NCBI GenBank assembly: GCA_964016885.1 | Contig: OZ024754.1 | Coordinates: 26,412,001-26,476,000 of the forward strand | DNA from: Eledone cirrhosa | Lineage: Eukaryota | Direction: 5' to 3' | DNA: 64,000 nucleotides | Shown: piece after piece, positions 1 to 13,017 of the stretch | How the letters are laid out: every line of letters starts with the position of its first letter | Numbering within the stretch: the stretch's first letter is position 1 | Translations under genes and position numbers: made by a program | The notes under the pieces: generated by a model | Databases searched by the model: none | The model's input: only the letters and a program-made list of their open reading frames with translations | Told to the model about the DNA's origin: nothing

Positions 1-516
1 GGTGACTAATCCCCAGCAGGCACTGGTACCAATTTTAAACTGAGTCAACTGGAACAACTTTAAATGAAACATCTAACTCAAAGAAATCACTACGACGTCA
101 CATGACTTCCACAAGAAACATATAATTAGTTCAATCGATATGATGCTTGGCTGTAACATTATTAAATTTTAAAAGAAAATATGACATTAAATATGAAATG
201 AAACTTTCAATTTGAAATCAGACATTTCATAATTAACGATCTGATAATATTTCTCTAAAGTAATTTTCGCACATTTCAGTTCAAATGCAAAGCTTACAGC
301 ATATGTCAGCTGTATAGGCCTGTACCATTTGTACCTCACTAACGTTCTTTAATGGGGTTGCTAACAAAAAGAAACAACATTAGGTTTCCATTGTCCGAGA
401 ACTTCATACAGTTACGTCAACAATGTCGTATGTTGATGATCAATATTAACATCCTGATTCTGACATCTAATTTACAAGTTAGAAAAGTTATCACAAAAAA
501 CCCAAGAGGATAAATT

Positions 517-618
<102 letters not shown>

Positions 619-692
619 AACCAATGTTAAATGTATATACACTCATATACATTCATATAGATAACTACACGCACGCGCACACATACGCATGC

Positions 693-770
<78 letters not shown>

Positions 771-772
<2 letters not shown>

Positions 773-886
773 GTTATTCCGGGTTGAGTCGGAGGTAACC
801 ACAGTAAGTAAGGTACTCAATACATAGCAGAGTATAAAAGTTTTAATATAGATGAGATTCTACAGTTCTAGTCCTGTAGAATCTCA

Positions 887-892
<6 letters not shown>
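771..892 (-). mobile_element. PLE-type terminal fragment (family A), short fold-back hairpin plus tail, in (TA)n
   Basis: Near-identical to 2347-2480 and 12795-12997; ends in hairpin TATAGATGAGATTCTACAG..CTGTAGAATCTCATCTATA; (TA)n on both sides. Confidence 0.7.
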
Positions 893-936
<44 letters not shown>

Positions 937-937
937 T

Positions 938-1005
<68 letters not shown>

Positions 1006-1098
1006 GTATATATATATATGTATATGTATATATATATATATGTATATATATATATGTATATATATATATGTATGTATATATATATATGTATATGCATA

Positions 1099-1138
<40 letters not shown>

Positions 1139-1139
<1 letters not shown>

Positions 1140-2003
1140 TTTACGTATCGAGAGAGAGAAGGAGGGATAGGCGATACATGTAGTTATTTTCCAATATCGT
1201 AAGCAGTGTGTGTTCAATACTAGTGCCGGCAGTGTTAAATATTAGAAGTGTTAATATCTAGTGGGCGAGAGAATTAGCAGAGCGGAAGCACGTGGAGAAG
1301 TAAATAAAGGATAACAAACCGTTAAAACATGTTTATTTAAAATAGCACCTACGTACGTTTCGCCCGAATGGGTTTCTCAAGGGCATAAATAACTAAAAAG
1401 CGTTCCTTACATGACCCGGAATGGGTTTTTAGAGATAAGTTCACGTCAGAGTTCATTCTTCGTAAAAAAGCATGTATTAATTTTGCAGTAGGTCAAGGGA
1501 GATAACTCTAGTCGGTGTTAGGGCAGTCTTTTCCGGACGACTTTTTTTTATCCGTTGCTACTATGTGGTTACTATCTTACCATTGTCGATACACACAGGG
1601 TCAGGTATGCAACGTTAGTTTCGAGACGTTTTTTGCTGCGTCTGCCCGCCTGGGTCGATTCATGCCGAGTCTGTGGTGCATGGTTAGTTTCCGGATGTTT
1701 TTTGCAGCGCCTGCCCGCCGGGGTGTTAAAGCTTGGTGCAGGGAGACCCGGTTTACGGTTTCACTCCTCGTTCTTATTCCATCTGGAGTAGGATATTTTT
1801 AAGCGGCGTGTACAGCTTATCGTCGTTTCAGCTCTGCTGTTGATGAGCTCGTGGGGTGCCGTTATGATATGGTAGAGCTCCATGAGGCAAAGCTCGCACT
1901 TCCTCTTGAAGTTGTACGGTGCTGCTCTGCCGACAATTTCCCAGTGCGTGGAGAAGCTGATGTTTGAGTCTTTTAATGTCTCCACGCAGTGGGAAATTGT
2001 CGG
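1139..2003 (-). mobile_element. 5'-truncated Penelope-like element (end of GIY-YIG domain + 3' UTR)
   Basis: ORF 1761-2024 'HWEIVGRAAPYNFKRKCELCLMELYHII..LINSRAETTISC' resembles the C-terminus of the 13590-14525 PLE ORF (HWEILARARSYNGNKRPCDLCVAEALEIL..LNKKSEAISAC). Confidence 0.8.
1345..1384 (-). ncRNA. Minimal hammerhead ribozyme motif, U3-A8 core variant
   Basis: Minus strand GCCC-TTGAGAA-ACCCATTCGGGC-GAAA-CGTACG-TA-GGTGC; self-complementary stem III ACGTACGT; in PLE 3' UTR. Confidence 0.55.
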
Positions 2004-2075
2004 CAATGTTAAATGTATATACACTCATATACATTCATATAGATAACTATACACGCACGCGCACACATACGCACC

Positions 2076-2141
<66 letters not shown>

Positions 2142-2150
2142 CGAGAGAGA

Positions 2151-2333
2151 GGTAGAACACTGGAAGGTAATATCCGTAGTGGTAGAGCACTCAGTTCATG
2201 GGACGAGTTAGGTAGAAGTGGTAACACAACAGTTAGTTCACCATACCGAGAACAATTGTTTCACCTAGAGGATCCGCTAAGGTGAAACAATTGTTCTTGG
2301 CATGGTGAATTAACTGTTGTGTTACCACTTCTA
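2151..2333 (-). mobile_element. Short fold-back PLE terminal fragment (arms 2213-2267/2280-2333, tail 2151-2212)
   Basis: Inverted repeat carrying the 3' half of a hammerhead (GAAA-CAATTG-TT); lies between TA-rich tracts. Confidence 0.55.
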
Positions 2334-2428
2334 TATAAATATATAAGTTATTCCGGGTTGAATCGGAGGTAACCACAGTAAGTAAGGTACTCAATACATA
2401 GCAGAGTATAAAAGTTTTAATATAGAAG

Positions 2429-2479
2429 AGCTTCTACAGGACTAGAACTGTTTCATTCGTGAGAAATCATCAGGAAGCT
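2429..2479 (-). ncRNA. Type I hammerhead ribozyme (family A)
   Basis: Minus strand AGCTTC-CTGATGA-TTTCTCACGAAT-GAAACAG-TTCTAGTC-CTGTA-GAAGCT: intact core, stems I-III, GUA triplet. Confidence 0.8.
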
Positions 2480-2559
2480 GGCTGTCCAAGTAAATAGTAG
2501 TATTTATGTCTTTCCTTATCTGGTGGTAGGGGTGGGGGTGGTGAATTATGGGGTTCATA

Positions 2560-2945
2560 ATTTTGAGGACAGACGCATAGAGCACGAGAAGATCAAACAG
2601 GATGTGTGTAAGCAATTCCCTGGTGTATCTCTCGAAACGATCGGTGTCTCCATTGAATTGAAGTGCCCTGAGTGTGGAAAAATTTGCTTGAGAAAATCTG
2701 GTCTCAGGAGCCACAGTGGCAGCCATGTTCAAAGAGAACCAGTGAACTATGATCTCCACGGTGTTGTGAGGGTTCACAGGCAACCTGATGCAGGACCTCA
2801 AGCCAGGGAGATCAATAGTTGTCGTCAGTGTATGAAAGAGTGCAAGTCTCTAGCAGGCTTGAAAAGCCATATCCGAGCGTCACACATCTGAATCTGACAA
2901 GCGATTGCAATACTCTTGACAGAGTTTGCAGCCATCATGTATGTA
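2560..2945 (+). mobile_element. 3' fragment of RTE-clade LINE with two C-terminal C2H2 fingers
   Basis: CPECGKICLRKSGLRSHSGSH and CRQCMKECKSLAGLKSHIRASH; ends GCAGCCATCATGTATGTA like the RTE ends at 18860 and 26800. Confidence 0.65.
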
Positions 2946-3585
2946 TAAGGAAGTATTGCACCAAGAAAAATAAAACGTCGGCGTGAAAAGATTATGAATT
3001 TATTTGCTTTGACATATGTTTCTGTGTCTAATATAATTGTCTATTTTCGTTTAATAAATTGTAAATAAGTTAGAAATAGCATGAAATACAGTCAGTTAGT
3101 GTGATAGAAGAGAGGAGAGGGAATGGGGGTAAAGAGTTTCACAATATCAATCCGTGTGCTGTGATGTGGAATAATTATTCTTTGACCATTGTTATAGGTT
3201 TTGATGTTTACCATATATGGGGGTAGAAAAGGTATAAGGAGATGAACAGAGAAAAATACGGTAGAGATTAAGAGTAGGCTTGAGTGGCTAAGGAGGAAAG
3301 GAATTAAGAAAATGGGATTGTTTTGAATATTACTGAATCGATTGGGTGTGAAAAGTTCAAATGCCACAGGAAATGTATCAAATAGGATATAATAAAACCT
3401 AGGTATTAGGGATCGAATCATGTTCTAGTCCAGTTTGTATTTAGCGAAGGTTTTTAGAACTTTGTGTTTGAAATTAAATATCCTAACGTGCCAGGAATTT
3501 AGAACGTCCTTTCCGATTGCTATTTCAATTACTACAGCCAAACCTAATTCACAGTGAGGGATGTTTATATATGTATATACCCCCC

Positions 3586-3709
<124 letters not shown>

Positions 3710-3909
3710 TTTCCTGAGTCCAACCATTTTCGTTGCTATGGCAATGCGGCTGGACTGCCGATCGCTATATTTGATTTGCAAAGCTGTCTAAACGTCGTAT
3801 TGTTATTACTCTGGGGTATTATTCTCTATCGAGTGCTAAATCTACATTCCGAATTTGCATTCGTTAGCTTAGCCGCAGCCTAAAGCTTCGTTAATGCTGT
3901 ACTAAAATT

Positions 3910-3950
<41 letters not shown>

Positions 3951-3973
3951 CATATATATATATATATATATAC

Positions 3974-4706
<733 letters not shown>

Positions 4707-4708
4707 TC

Positions 4709-5665
4709 ACTAGACATGAAAAATGCGCAAGCTCAAAAGTGCCACAGAATGTTATAATAAACCTTCAAAAGTGTGGGACTAGAGTTGTTGCTAAAAAATA
4801 TTGTAATCATTATATATCGTACATTCTGTGGCATCCTTTATAAAAATAGCTTAAACCAACGAAGCCTTTATTTTTACGCTATTTCACTTAGTTAATTCTT
4901 AGAGTGTAACATATAAAAATATGATTTACAACTATAAAATAAATTAATTAATATAACAACAGAGCTGCGGAGCTGAAATTTAGGAAATAATGGAGTATCG
5001 GATCCTGAGTTGGAGCCAGTCAATTTTTGGCCGACTCCGCAGCCCTGTATAATGCATTTCATATTAAAGTTATTAATAAACCTATTTTACACTGCATGCA
5101 AATTACCATGAGATATTGATATTAGATATAAGATACAGCGCAATATCTACAGCTGTAAAAGTACGAAAGCGAAGTAATAATAAGTGGCTTAAGGTAATTC
5201 CAATATGAAAGTTTGTAGTGATAAAAATTTGATAATGCAATACGATTGTTAATATTATAGTTCTATGAAAATGTAACAATAGATAACTAAATTATTTTAC
5301 TATTAGTATATTTAAGAAATTATCATTATAGATTTGATCGTTCATATATGCATCATATTAATTTTCAACACAATTATTTTGTTACTATGAGTATATGATA
5401 ATAATATTACGTAATTATTTATAGCTGTTATTACATTAAACATAGATGTATTTATTTTTATATGTTACACTCTAAGAATTAACTAAGTGAAATAGCGTAA
5501 AAATAAAGGCTTCGTTGGTTTAAGCTATTTTTATAAAGGATGCCACAGAATGTACGATATATAATGATTACAATATTTTTTAGCAACAACTCTAGTCCCA
5601 CACTTTTGAAGGTTTATTATAACATTCTGTGGCACTTTTGAGCTTGCGCATTTTTCATGTCTAGT
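4709..5665. mobile_element. Non-autonomous element (MITE-like) with 213-bp terminal inverted repeats
   Basis: 4709-4921 is the reverse complement of 5453-5665; termini ACTAGACATG..CATGTCTAGT; AT-rich non-coding interior. Confidence 0.7.
4960..5047. mobile_element. Tiny nested MITE with CAG(A/G)GCTGCGGAG terminal inverted repeats
   Basis: CAGAGCTGCGGAG..CTCCGCAGCCCTG; GC-rich island within the AT-rich spacer. Confidence 0.5.
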
Positions 5666-6257
5666 TTAATATTTTTTTAAGGCAACGCTTGTAATAACTC
5701 TAGTTAAACAGGATATATATTAATAATAAATTATCGTTGTAATGTAATTAGATTATGTAATTGTTATTATAAATTATCTTATAAATATTAGTGTAAGATG
5801 TATAAAAATATTTTCAGACTTTTAATATAAACAACTACAAAAAACAATCAATATTAAATCAATATATTATACATAATAGAAAACATAAAATAAACAATAC
5901 AAAAACAAAATATTTACATACAATTGCAATTATCAGTGTATATACATTTTCTTTATATTCCCTGAGCAAATTAATAAGATTTGTTTTTATTGTACATAAT
6001 TTGTTGACTTGTTGGAGTGTATTAAAAGATAGCAACAATTTGTGATTAAATTGTTATCTTAAGCAACTCACTTTTTAATAGTTGTTGGCTGAGCGAAATT
6101 GTAAAAGCCTATGAGCAAATATAAAAAAAAATACACAAACAACATTTCCTTGTGTTATTACAACATTAGATAAAATAATTGAGCAATGTCGTTATATTTT
6201 GCTCTTATTGCACATTAATAGTGTTTCTATTTTTCGGCACAAATCCATTACGGCAGT

Positions 6258-6388
6258 CCATTACTGGTACTTTATTTTATCGAATTAGTAAGTATGAAAG
6301 TCGAAGTTAACCTCGGCAGGATTTGAACTTAGAATGCAAAGGACCATAACAATACTGCAAAGCATGGTGTCTGACGCTCTACCAATAC
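6258..6388 (-). mobile_element. tRNA-derived SINE, partial
   Basis: TTACTGGTACTTTATTTTATCG..GTTAACCTCGGCAGGATTTGAACT matches the family at 34837-35016. Confidence 0.75.
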
Positions 6389-6856
6389 TTGTGTTGAGCT
6401 GGTCATTAATTTATGGTGGTCGTGCGTGGAGTAGAGCAATCGCTAGTTGAAATATTATGAACAAAACATTTTTATTTGCCGAAGAACATATTTTCAATAC
6501 TGTTTGTGAATGTGACGAAGGAAATACATTCTGATATGGAACAGTGTACAAAGTGTGTCTGTGAATAACATAATGTTACCTCATGTTGTTGTCAAGACAT
6601 AATGGATTTCGTATATCCAGTTAGAAGATGAAACCTAGCCATCTCGGATTAGTTATATTTCATGCCATGTGTAAACGTGTTTGAGGATAGCAAAATATGC
6701 GTGTTTCTTGTCTGGAAACTTTCTGCTAAACTGATTGGTTTCGTTTTTGGCACTATACAATACTCATCCAACAGATAACTGTATTGGATCCTTGATTGGT
6801 TAATATTTAGGTGAGGGTGCTTGATGCAGAGTTAGTGCAAAATGGATCAATGAGTG

Positions 6857-7410
6857 TAATAATAATAATGATAATAATAATGAAAATATTGTGTACAATG
6901 CTGAGGTGCACTACAACTCATCAAAAGTGCATATATAATACATAGGGTAATATAAAAACGTCAGGAAAAAAGAACAGTGCATGAGTCATGATATACACAT
7001 ATGTGCATGTGTATGGAAGGGGGACATCAGGTGTAGTTTTGGTGTATTTCGGAATGTATGATGGTTTTAAAGGATGCAGTGTGTCATCAGCTAACAACTG
7101 ATGCAGGAAGTTTGTTCCATCCTTCAGCAACTCTGAGCATGAAGAAATATTTCCTAAAGTCATGGGAGCTGTGTTGTTTTCTGACTTTGTAGGCATGTCC
7201 ACGTGTTAGACACATGGAGATCAAAAAGGTGTTCGGGATTGTTGTTGGTCGGATGGTTAATAACTTTGTGGGTGTTTACCAAGTCCATTGCCAGAGGGAA
7301 GCAAAATATTCAGGGTATGGTAGGTGTCTGATGGAGGGTATGCGCTTGGTTGCATGTCTCTGAACAGTTTCCAGGAGGTCAATGTTCTGAGCAAGATAGG
7401 GGTTCCTGCA
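6857..7410 (-). mobile_element. CR1/L2-group LINE 3' fragment with (ATT)n tail
   Basis: Minus frames give NPYLAQNIDLLETVQRHATKRIPSIRHLPYPE and FFMLRVAEGWNKLPASVV, typical of the CR1 ORF2 C-terminus. Confidence 0.75.
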
Positions 7411-7539
7411 ACATCAAGACCCAATTCACAAGTGCAGCGTTGCTCATTCACATCGGCAGTGGGGACACCAAAATCAGTGACAGGTCTCGATTCACTCGCG
7501 AGATACATCACAGCTACACTATATATTTAAACATATATA

Positions 7540-7600
7540 CAGTGATACCTCGCTACTTGGCGGTTCAACTATCCCGGATTCACGATTTCGCGCATTTTTA
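7540..7600. mobile_element. Possible pogo/Tigger-type transposon terminus
   Basis: TA|CAGTGATACCTCGCTACTTGGCGG; no partner end found. Confidence 0.35.
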
Positions 7601-7947
7601 GAATATATATATGAACACCTAAAATTTTTCATTAAATCCATTAAAATATTAATAATAAACACAGTTCTAATCATACGCTATATATATATATATATAAATA
7701 TAAGTAATTAATACCGTATAAATGGTACAAAGACTGTTTATGTAAAATGTATTTCTCAACAGAGTATTGAATACTTAGGAGAAATTCAAAACGAAGAGTG
7801 ATATATATAGACAAAGCCTGAAGCGCTAATTATAATAATTAGTTAATAATATTACAAAATATATTAATATTATATTAAATATATACTGAAACAAATTTGT
7901 AAGTCATTACCTAATTAAACTCTTTGCTTGAAATTTTATCATTCTTC

Positions 7948-8010
<63 letters not shown>

Positions 8011-8657
8011 TATATATATATATAGAGAGAGAGATTTATCTAGTCCTTCGCTCAAGATTAATCTATAAGTTTAGATGTCTGCCTTCGTTTAAGTAAATAT
8101 TACAGTAAGATTTTTAATATAAACAACTACAAAAAACAATTAATATTAAAACGAAAAAATTATCAATGATAAAAGAAGCGGATGCAACTTTTTTTTTTAT
8201 AAAGTTATATTCCTGTTTCTTTAAAGAACATTTCATTTTTGTTCTATTGTAGGCGAAATAATGCAATGGTTTAATAGGGGAGATATAACTTACCAATTAT
8301 GTCTCTAACCGTGTAACGCTTTTTAAGTAGATAACTACAATTGAAAATACTAAAGAAATGGAACCAACAATTCAATTTGAAAGTCGTCTACTTATAGTGA
8401 CAGTGTATTTACTGGTACTTTATTTTATCGACCCCGTAACGATGAAAGGCAAAAATGCAAATGCTTAAAATTTAAATTGCCTTAATTCTATCGTCTGCTG
8501 TTTCATTAAAGGGAGATTCTCGTCTGTATTTAATTCTATCGTCTACTGTTCCACTAAACAGATATACCTCCACTATCGTCTCTATTTATACATTTTAACT
8601 TATAACTTATACACATTTGATTTGAAATATTTTATCTAGTCCCCCCTCTCAATATTA

Positions 8658-8713
8658 TGATGATTTCTTTCGAATGAAACAGTTCTAGTCCTGTAGAAGC
8701 CATTTATATATAT
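8658..8713 (+). ncRNA. Damaged family A hammerhead copy
   Basis: TGATGATTTCTTTCGAATGAAACAGTTCTAGTCCTGTAGAAGC; lacks C3 and the 5' strand of stem I; ends in a TA run. Confidence 0.55.
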
Positions 8714-8816
8714 AATTGAACTGAGTTAAAAATTCACAATATTTATAATTAAATAAGCTCATATATATATGTGTGTATTTATCTGTTTATTGTATTATAT
8801 ATAATGTGTGTATATA

Positions 8817-8848
8817 CAGGATGTCCCCCAAAAATATATACACACTTC
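8817..8848. mobile_element. Possible Tc1/mariner-type terminus
   Basis: TA|CAGGATGTCCCCCAAAAATATATACACACTT; no partner end found. Confidence 0.35.
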
Positions 8849-9056
8849 AACAGCATTCTAATAACTATTGCCTGTACAGGTAATCAAAGTGTCAATCGAA
8901 TGTTAGTTTCGTGTTTTAACAGTACAAATTTACAATACACACATAAAACCAGTGTATATACATACATGAGTGTGTATACACATACATGAATGTGTATATA
9001 CAATATATATGTATATATATATAGACACATATATCACGGTGCAACGGAACATTAAA

Positions 9057-9408
9057 ATATAGATGCGGGGGGAGGGGTGTATATATAGGGGCGCTGGGGA
9101 TAAAGGAGTGTAAAGCGTGTGTAATTGATATATTGAAGGAGAGGAGCGTGCAGCGATAGAGTAACAAATATATAGAGAGGGGGAGAGATGGTATTGAAGG
9201 GGAGGAGTGCAAAGCGAAAGAGTAAGAGAGATATATATAGAGACGGAACAGATAGAGAGAAACAGGCGTAAGTAACAGTGGAAGAGATATAGAGAGAGGG
9301 GGTAATAAATAAATGGAAATATAAGTGTAACAGTATAAGAGATATATGTTATTGAAGGGGAAGAGTGTAAAGCGAAAGCGTAAGATATATATAGAGAGAG
9401 GGGGAATA

Positions 9409-9410
<2 letters not shown>
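9057..9410. repeat. Degenerate purine-rich minisatellite, reverse-strand relative of 56330-57039
   Basis: Recurrent GATATATAGAGAGAGGGGG and GTAATTGATATA motifs. Confidence 0.5.
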
Positions 9411-9454
<44 letters not shown>

Positions 9455-9548
9455 ACACTTACTCTGATTGGTTGAAAATTAGCCAATGACATACGATCAC
9501 CACCACCACGGCTATCCCCGGAAAATTTATGAAGAAGCTAGGCATATA

Positions 9549-9634
9549 TGTTAGAACACGAAAAGTGAACATTCTGTTGTTTCACACTTTTCGTGTTCTA
9601 ACAGATAACTTGTGTGTTACACCTCTTTTCTTTT
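9549..9634 (+). mobile_element. Minimal hairpin-plus-tail element ending in (TA)n
   Basis: TGTTAGAACACGAAAAGTG..CACTTTTCGTGTTCTAACA then tail ATAACTTGTGTGTTACACCTCTTTTCTTTTA, nearly identical to 51225-51255. Confidence 0.6.
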
Positions 9635-9659
9635 ATATATATATATATATATGGTGTGT

Positions 9660-10395
9660 GTGTGTTTTCAGAATTGTGGTTGCGAAAGTCGATTTTAAAT
9701 AACATTTAGATGTTAAACGTCTAAATGTAATTAGTGATAAAAATTTGATTACTTTCAATTGAATTTTTAAAGGAACGTGTATGTGTTGTATATCTATGTT
9801 CTAATGGGTTTCGAGTATATAAGATATTATTACAAACGTTATTACAGTTGATTTTGTATTGGTAGACAAAGTCTTTATCTTCAATATAGATGACATTGCT
9901 TAAGGTTAATACATTTACACATATCTGGAGGTTTTGTTAAAGCTAGGAGACGGGAGATTATGAGATTTCTGTACTAGAGTTGTAAGGGGAAATAATTTAA
10001 AAAGAAGTTTAATAAAGTAATAAAGTTGTAGGTCACCAGGGTGGCTACTCTGATATTAAACGAGTGTATAAACGAAGTAACGTACTTGTACCTCAGTTCT
10101 TAATAGCAATATTAATGGTATTACGATTAAGATGAAACCGACCCAAGCTAAGATATTAGGAAGCATTTTGTAAGTGTTGTTTATTTGTCAATAGTTTCGC
10201 CAGACTTGGGTAAATATTTGGTATCATGTTAATGATAATATTTCTTGGGTGGTTTCAGTATTTATGATATGGGTAATACAGAGAAGTCATGATATCAAAC
10301 AATACGTTTAAATTGTTGGCGTTAGGAATAGAATTGTGCTAGTGTTTATGGACGTTATCAGTGCACAATCAGTTTTAATAATTTTCAGAAAACGT
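9660..10395 (-). pseudogene. Heavily decayed PLE GIY-YIG region
   Basis: Minus frames give PPDMCKCINLKQC, DFVYQYKINCNN and NPLEHRYTTHTRSFKN, in the same order as the corresponding motifs of 13590-14525. Confidence 0.5.
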
Positions 10396-10660
10396 ATATA
10401 TATATATATGTGTGTGTGTGTGTCTATATATGTCTTCTAGCTATTCTAAACATAGATATAATGCATTCGTACAGAAATACGAATGAAAGAAACCAAACGT
10501 TTAGAACTAATTAGATTTGAACGCTGAAGGACAGGTAAATCCTGCACTCTCTTTAATGGAATATTTTATCTACGGCTATCGACAGCTGACAATATGTGTG
10601 TCAGTAGTTATTGCTTTTTATAGATACAGAATATTTGTGAATATATATATACACATATAA

Positions 10661-10707
<47 letters not shown>

Positions 10708-10751
10708 AAGTTAAATAAAAGTCAAATGATTAAAATTTAGCTTCGTTTATT

Positions 10752-10806
10752 ACTGCTATATATATTTCAGTAACAGCCATCTTTGGCTGTGACCTCTTCA
10801 GGCAGT
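10752..10806 (-). ncRNA. Type I hammerhead ribozyme in a short TA-flanked element (about 10708-10944) ending in a 46-bp palindrome (10899-10944)
   Basis: ACTGC-CTGAAGA-GGTCACAGCCA-AAGA-TGGCTGTTACT-GAAA-TATATA-TA-GCAGT. Confidence 0.8.
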
Positions 10807-10939
10807 TTGAATTAGTATGGTATAGACAAGTACATATGTTATTTAGGTGTATGATATTGTCAATACTCTGATATGCCCAGTTCCTTGTTGGGTTGTTAAT
10901 TCACTGGGGAACTGGAGTCATATGACTCCAGTTCCCCAG

Positions 10940-10978
<39 letters not shown>

Positions 10979-11116
10979 GGAAGCAGAAAATTGCTTATTG
11001 TGATCCAGTTCGTGGTTGAGGAAGCCAGTGTTTCATGGATGGTTTCAACGTACGGTCGTAAATACCTGGATAAAATCCATCTCTTAATGCTTACCTGTGG
11101 TTTTCTCTTTTATACT

Positions 11117-11161
<45 letters not shown>

Positions 11162-11370
11162 TGTGTGTGTGCGCGCGCGCGTGTGTGTGTAATAGTGAAG
11201 GCGCGTGGCCGAGTGGTAAGAGAATTGGAGTTGCAACCGATAGATAGTATTAGAAATTGGAAAGACCAACGGAAACACTGTTTCCTCGGTCCGATTTGAC
11301 CAAAGTCGATCGACTGTTGATATATGTATATATATATAATATATCGACATTCGTATTCATATATATATAT

Positions 11371-12729
11371 ATACAAAGTGTTAAAACGATCAAATTTTAG
11401 TTTAGAACATTTATTTGCTGACAATTGTTTCTTCCAGAGGGAAGTCTGGAATCATCGGAGCATAGGGAATGTCGAAACATGTTACTAAAATCCTAGTCAT
11501 TTAGAACATTTAGGGTACATAATTGTTGTTAGTGTCATAGGTAACATGTGGAGAGTCAGGAGTTAAAAAGATGTTCCGCTTGAAAGAATTACATGCAGCA
11601 CTGGTTGAAAGTGTAAGATGTATAAGTGAAAAGCACAAGCAAAAAAAAAAAAAAAAAATACAGGCAAAAAAAGTTACAAGCAAGGAAAATTGGTGTACAA
11701 TGCATGAGTCAATACAGTCAATAAGGCATGTATGAGGAAAGAGTTATAATTTAGTTAAAATAAACATATTTTGTGTGGAGTGTTATAGCATGTTATAATT
11801 GTTATAAATGTTTAAGATAGTGTGCAATTTGTTGGAGAGGCATGTGGTGATAATGTAGGTATTTGTTATGTAAGGTGTAATGCAAAGCACGTGATTTTCA
11901 TACAAGTGTTTTTGTGTTGTAGTTCGTATGTATGTGTATATGTTGTTTGTAACTCACATCCATTAACCATGGGATTATTTTGAGTCGTTTATAGTCAATA
12001 GGTGTTTGTTTGTTAAATGTAAATTCCACCGAATTACTGGCCATGTTGTTATTGTAGGTATATTATCTTATGCATATAGTCTGCTATGTTAGGTGTGGTG
12101 GAGTAGGAGATTTTAATTGTATTTTTGTTAAATAGGTTGTGGTATTTATGGTTAGTTGGGAAGATTTTTTCTAGAGTAGAGAAGAAAGCTTTAGGTATGT
12201 TTGTTGATACATGATTTAACACCCCACACAAAATATATTTATTTTAACTAAATTATAACTCTTTCCTCATACATGCCTTATTGACTGTATTGACTCCTGC
12301 ATTGTACACCAATTTTCCTTGCTTGTAACTTTTTTGCCTGTATTTTTTTTTGCTTGTACTTTTCGCTTATACATCTTACACTCTCAACCAGTGCTGCCTG
12401 TAATTGTGTTCTTTCAAGCGGAACATCTTTTTAACTCCTGACTCTCCACATGTTACCTATGACACTATCAACAATTATGTACCCTAAATGTTCTAAATGA
12501 CTAGGATTTTAGTAACATGTTTCGACATTCCCTATGCTCCGATGATTCCAGACTTCCCTCTGGAAGAAACAATTGTCAGCAGATAAATGTTCTAAACTAA
12601 AATTTGATCGTTTTAACACTTTGTATCTCGGCTCTGTAAAACACTTGAAAATTTTCATTGAGCCTTTTGTCATATCGGTAACCGGCTAGTACTTAGTACT
12701 ACCCTCCGTATGTATAGTTGTATCAAACA
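11371..12729. mobile_element. Fold-back PLE: arms 11371-11785/12217-12626, tail 12627-12729, decayed ORF piece (- strand) between the arms
   Basis: About 410-bp inverted repeat; ORF 12049-12231 'FPTNHKYHNLFNKNTIKISYSTTPN' matches 'FPPTHKYSNIFNRNTIKISYSTTPN' in the 13590 ORF. Confidence 0.85.
12535..12581 (+). ncRNA. Hammerhead ribozyme, U4C core (mirror copy 11416-11462, - strand)
   Basis: TGCT-CCGATGA-TTCCAGA-CTTCCC-TCTGGAA-GAAA-CAATTG-TC-AGCA. Confidence 0.75.
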
Positions 12730-12762
12730 TATATAAATATAAATATTCTTCTTACTATATAT

Positions 12763-12794
<32 letters not shown>

Positions 12795-12796
<2 letters not shown>

Positions 12797-12997
12797 GTTA
12801 TTCCGGGTTGAATCGGAGGTAACCACAGTAAGTAAGGTACTCAATACATTGCAGAGTATAACAGTTTTAATATAGATGAGATTCTACAGGACTAGAACTG
12901 TTTCATTCTTTAGAAATCATCAGGAATCTCTGAGATTCTTGATGATTTCTAAAGATTGAAACAGTTCTAGTCCTGTAGAATCTCATCTATATTAAAA
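12795..12997 (-). mobile_element. Family A fold-back element: palindrome 12865-12997 (axis 12931) of two diverging hammerheads, tail 12795-12864
   Basis: Minus strand GAGATTC-CTGATGA-TTTCTAAAGAAT-GAAACAG-TTCTAGTC-CTGTA-GAATCTC at 12878-12930; the plus copy 12932-12984 has C3T. Confidence 0.8.
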
Positions 12998-13017
12998 TAT
13001 ATATATATATATATATA

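Noticed and set aside
3092-3421. 109-aa minus-strand ORF
   Set aside because: No recognisable motif; possibly a decayed TE, but unsupported
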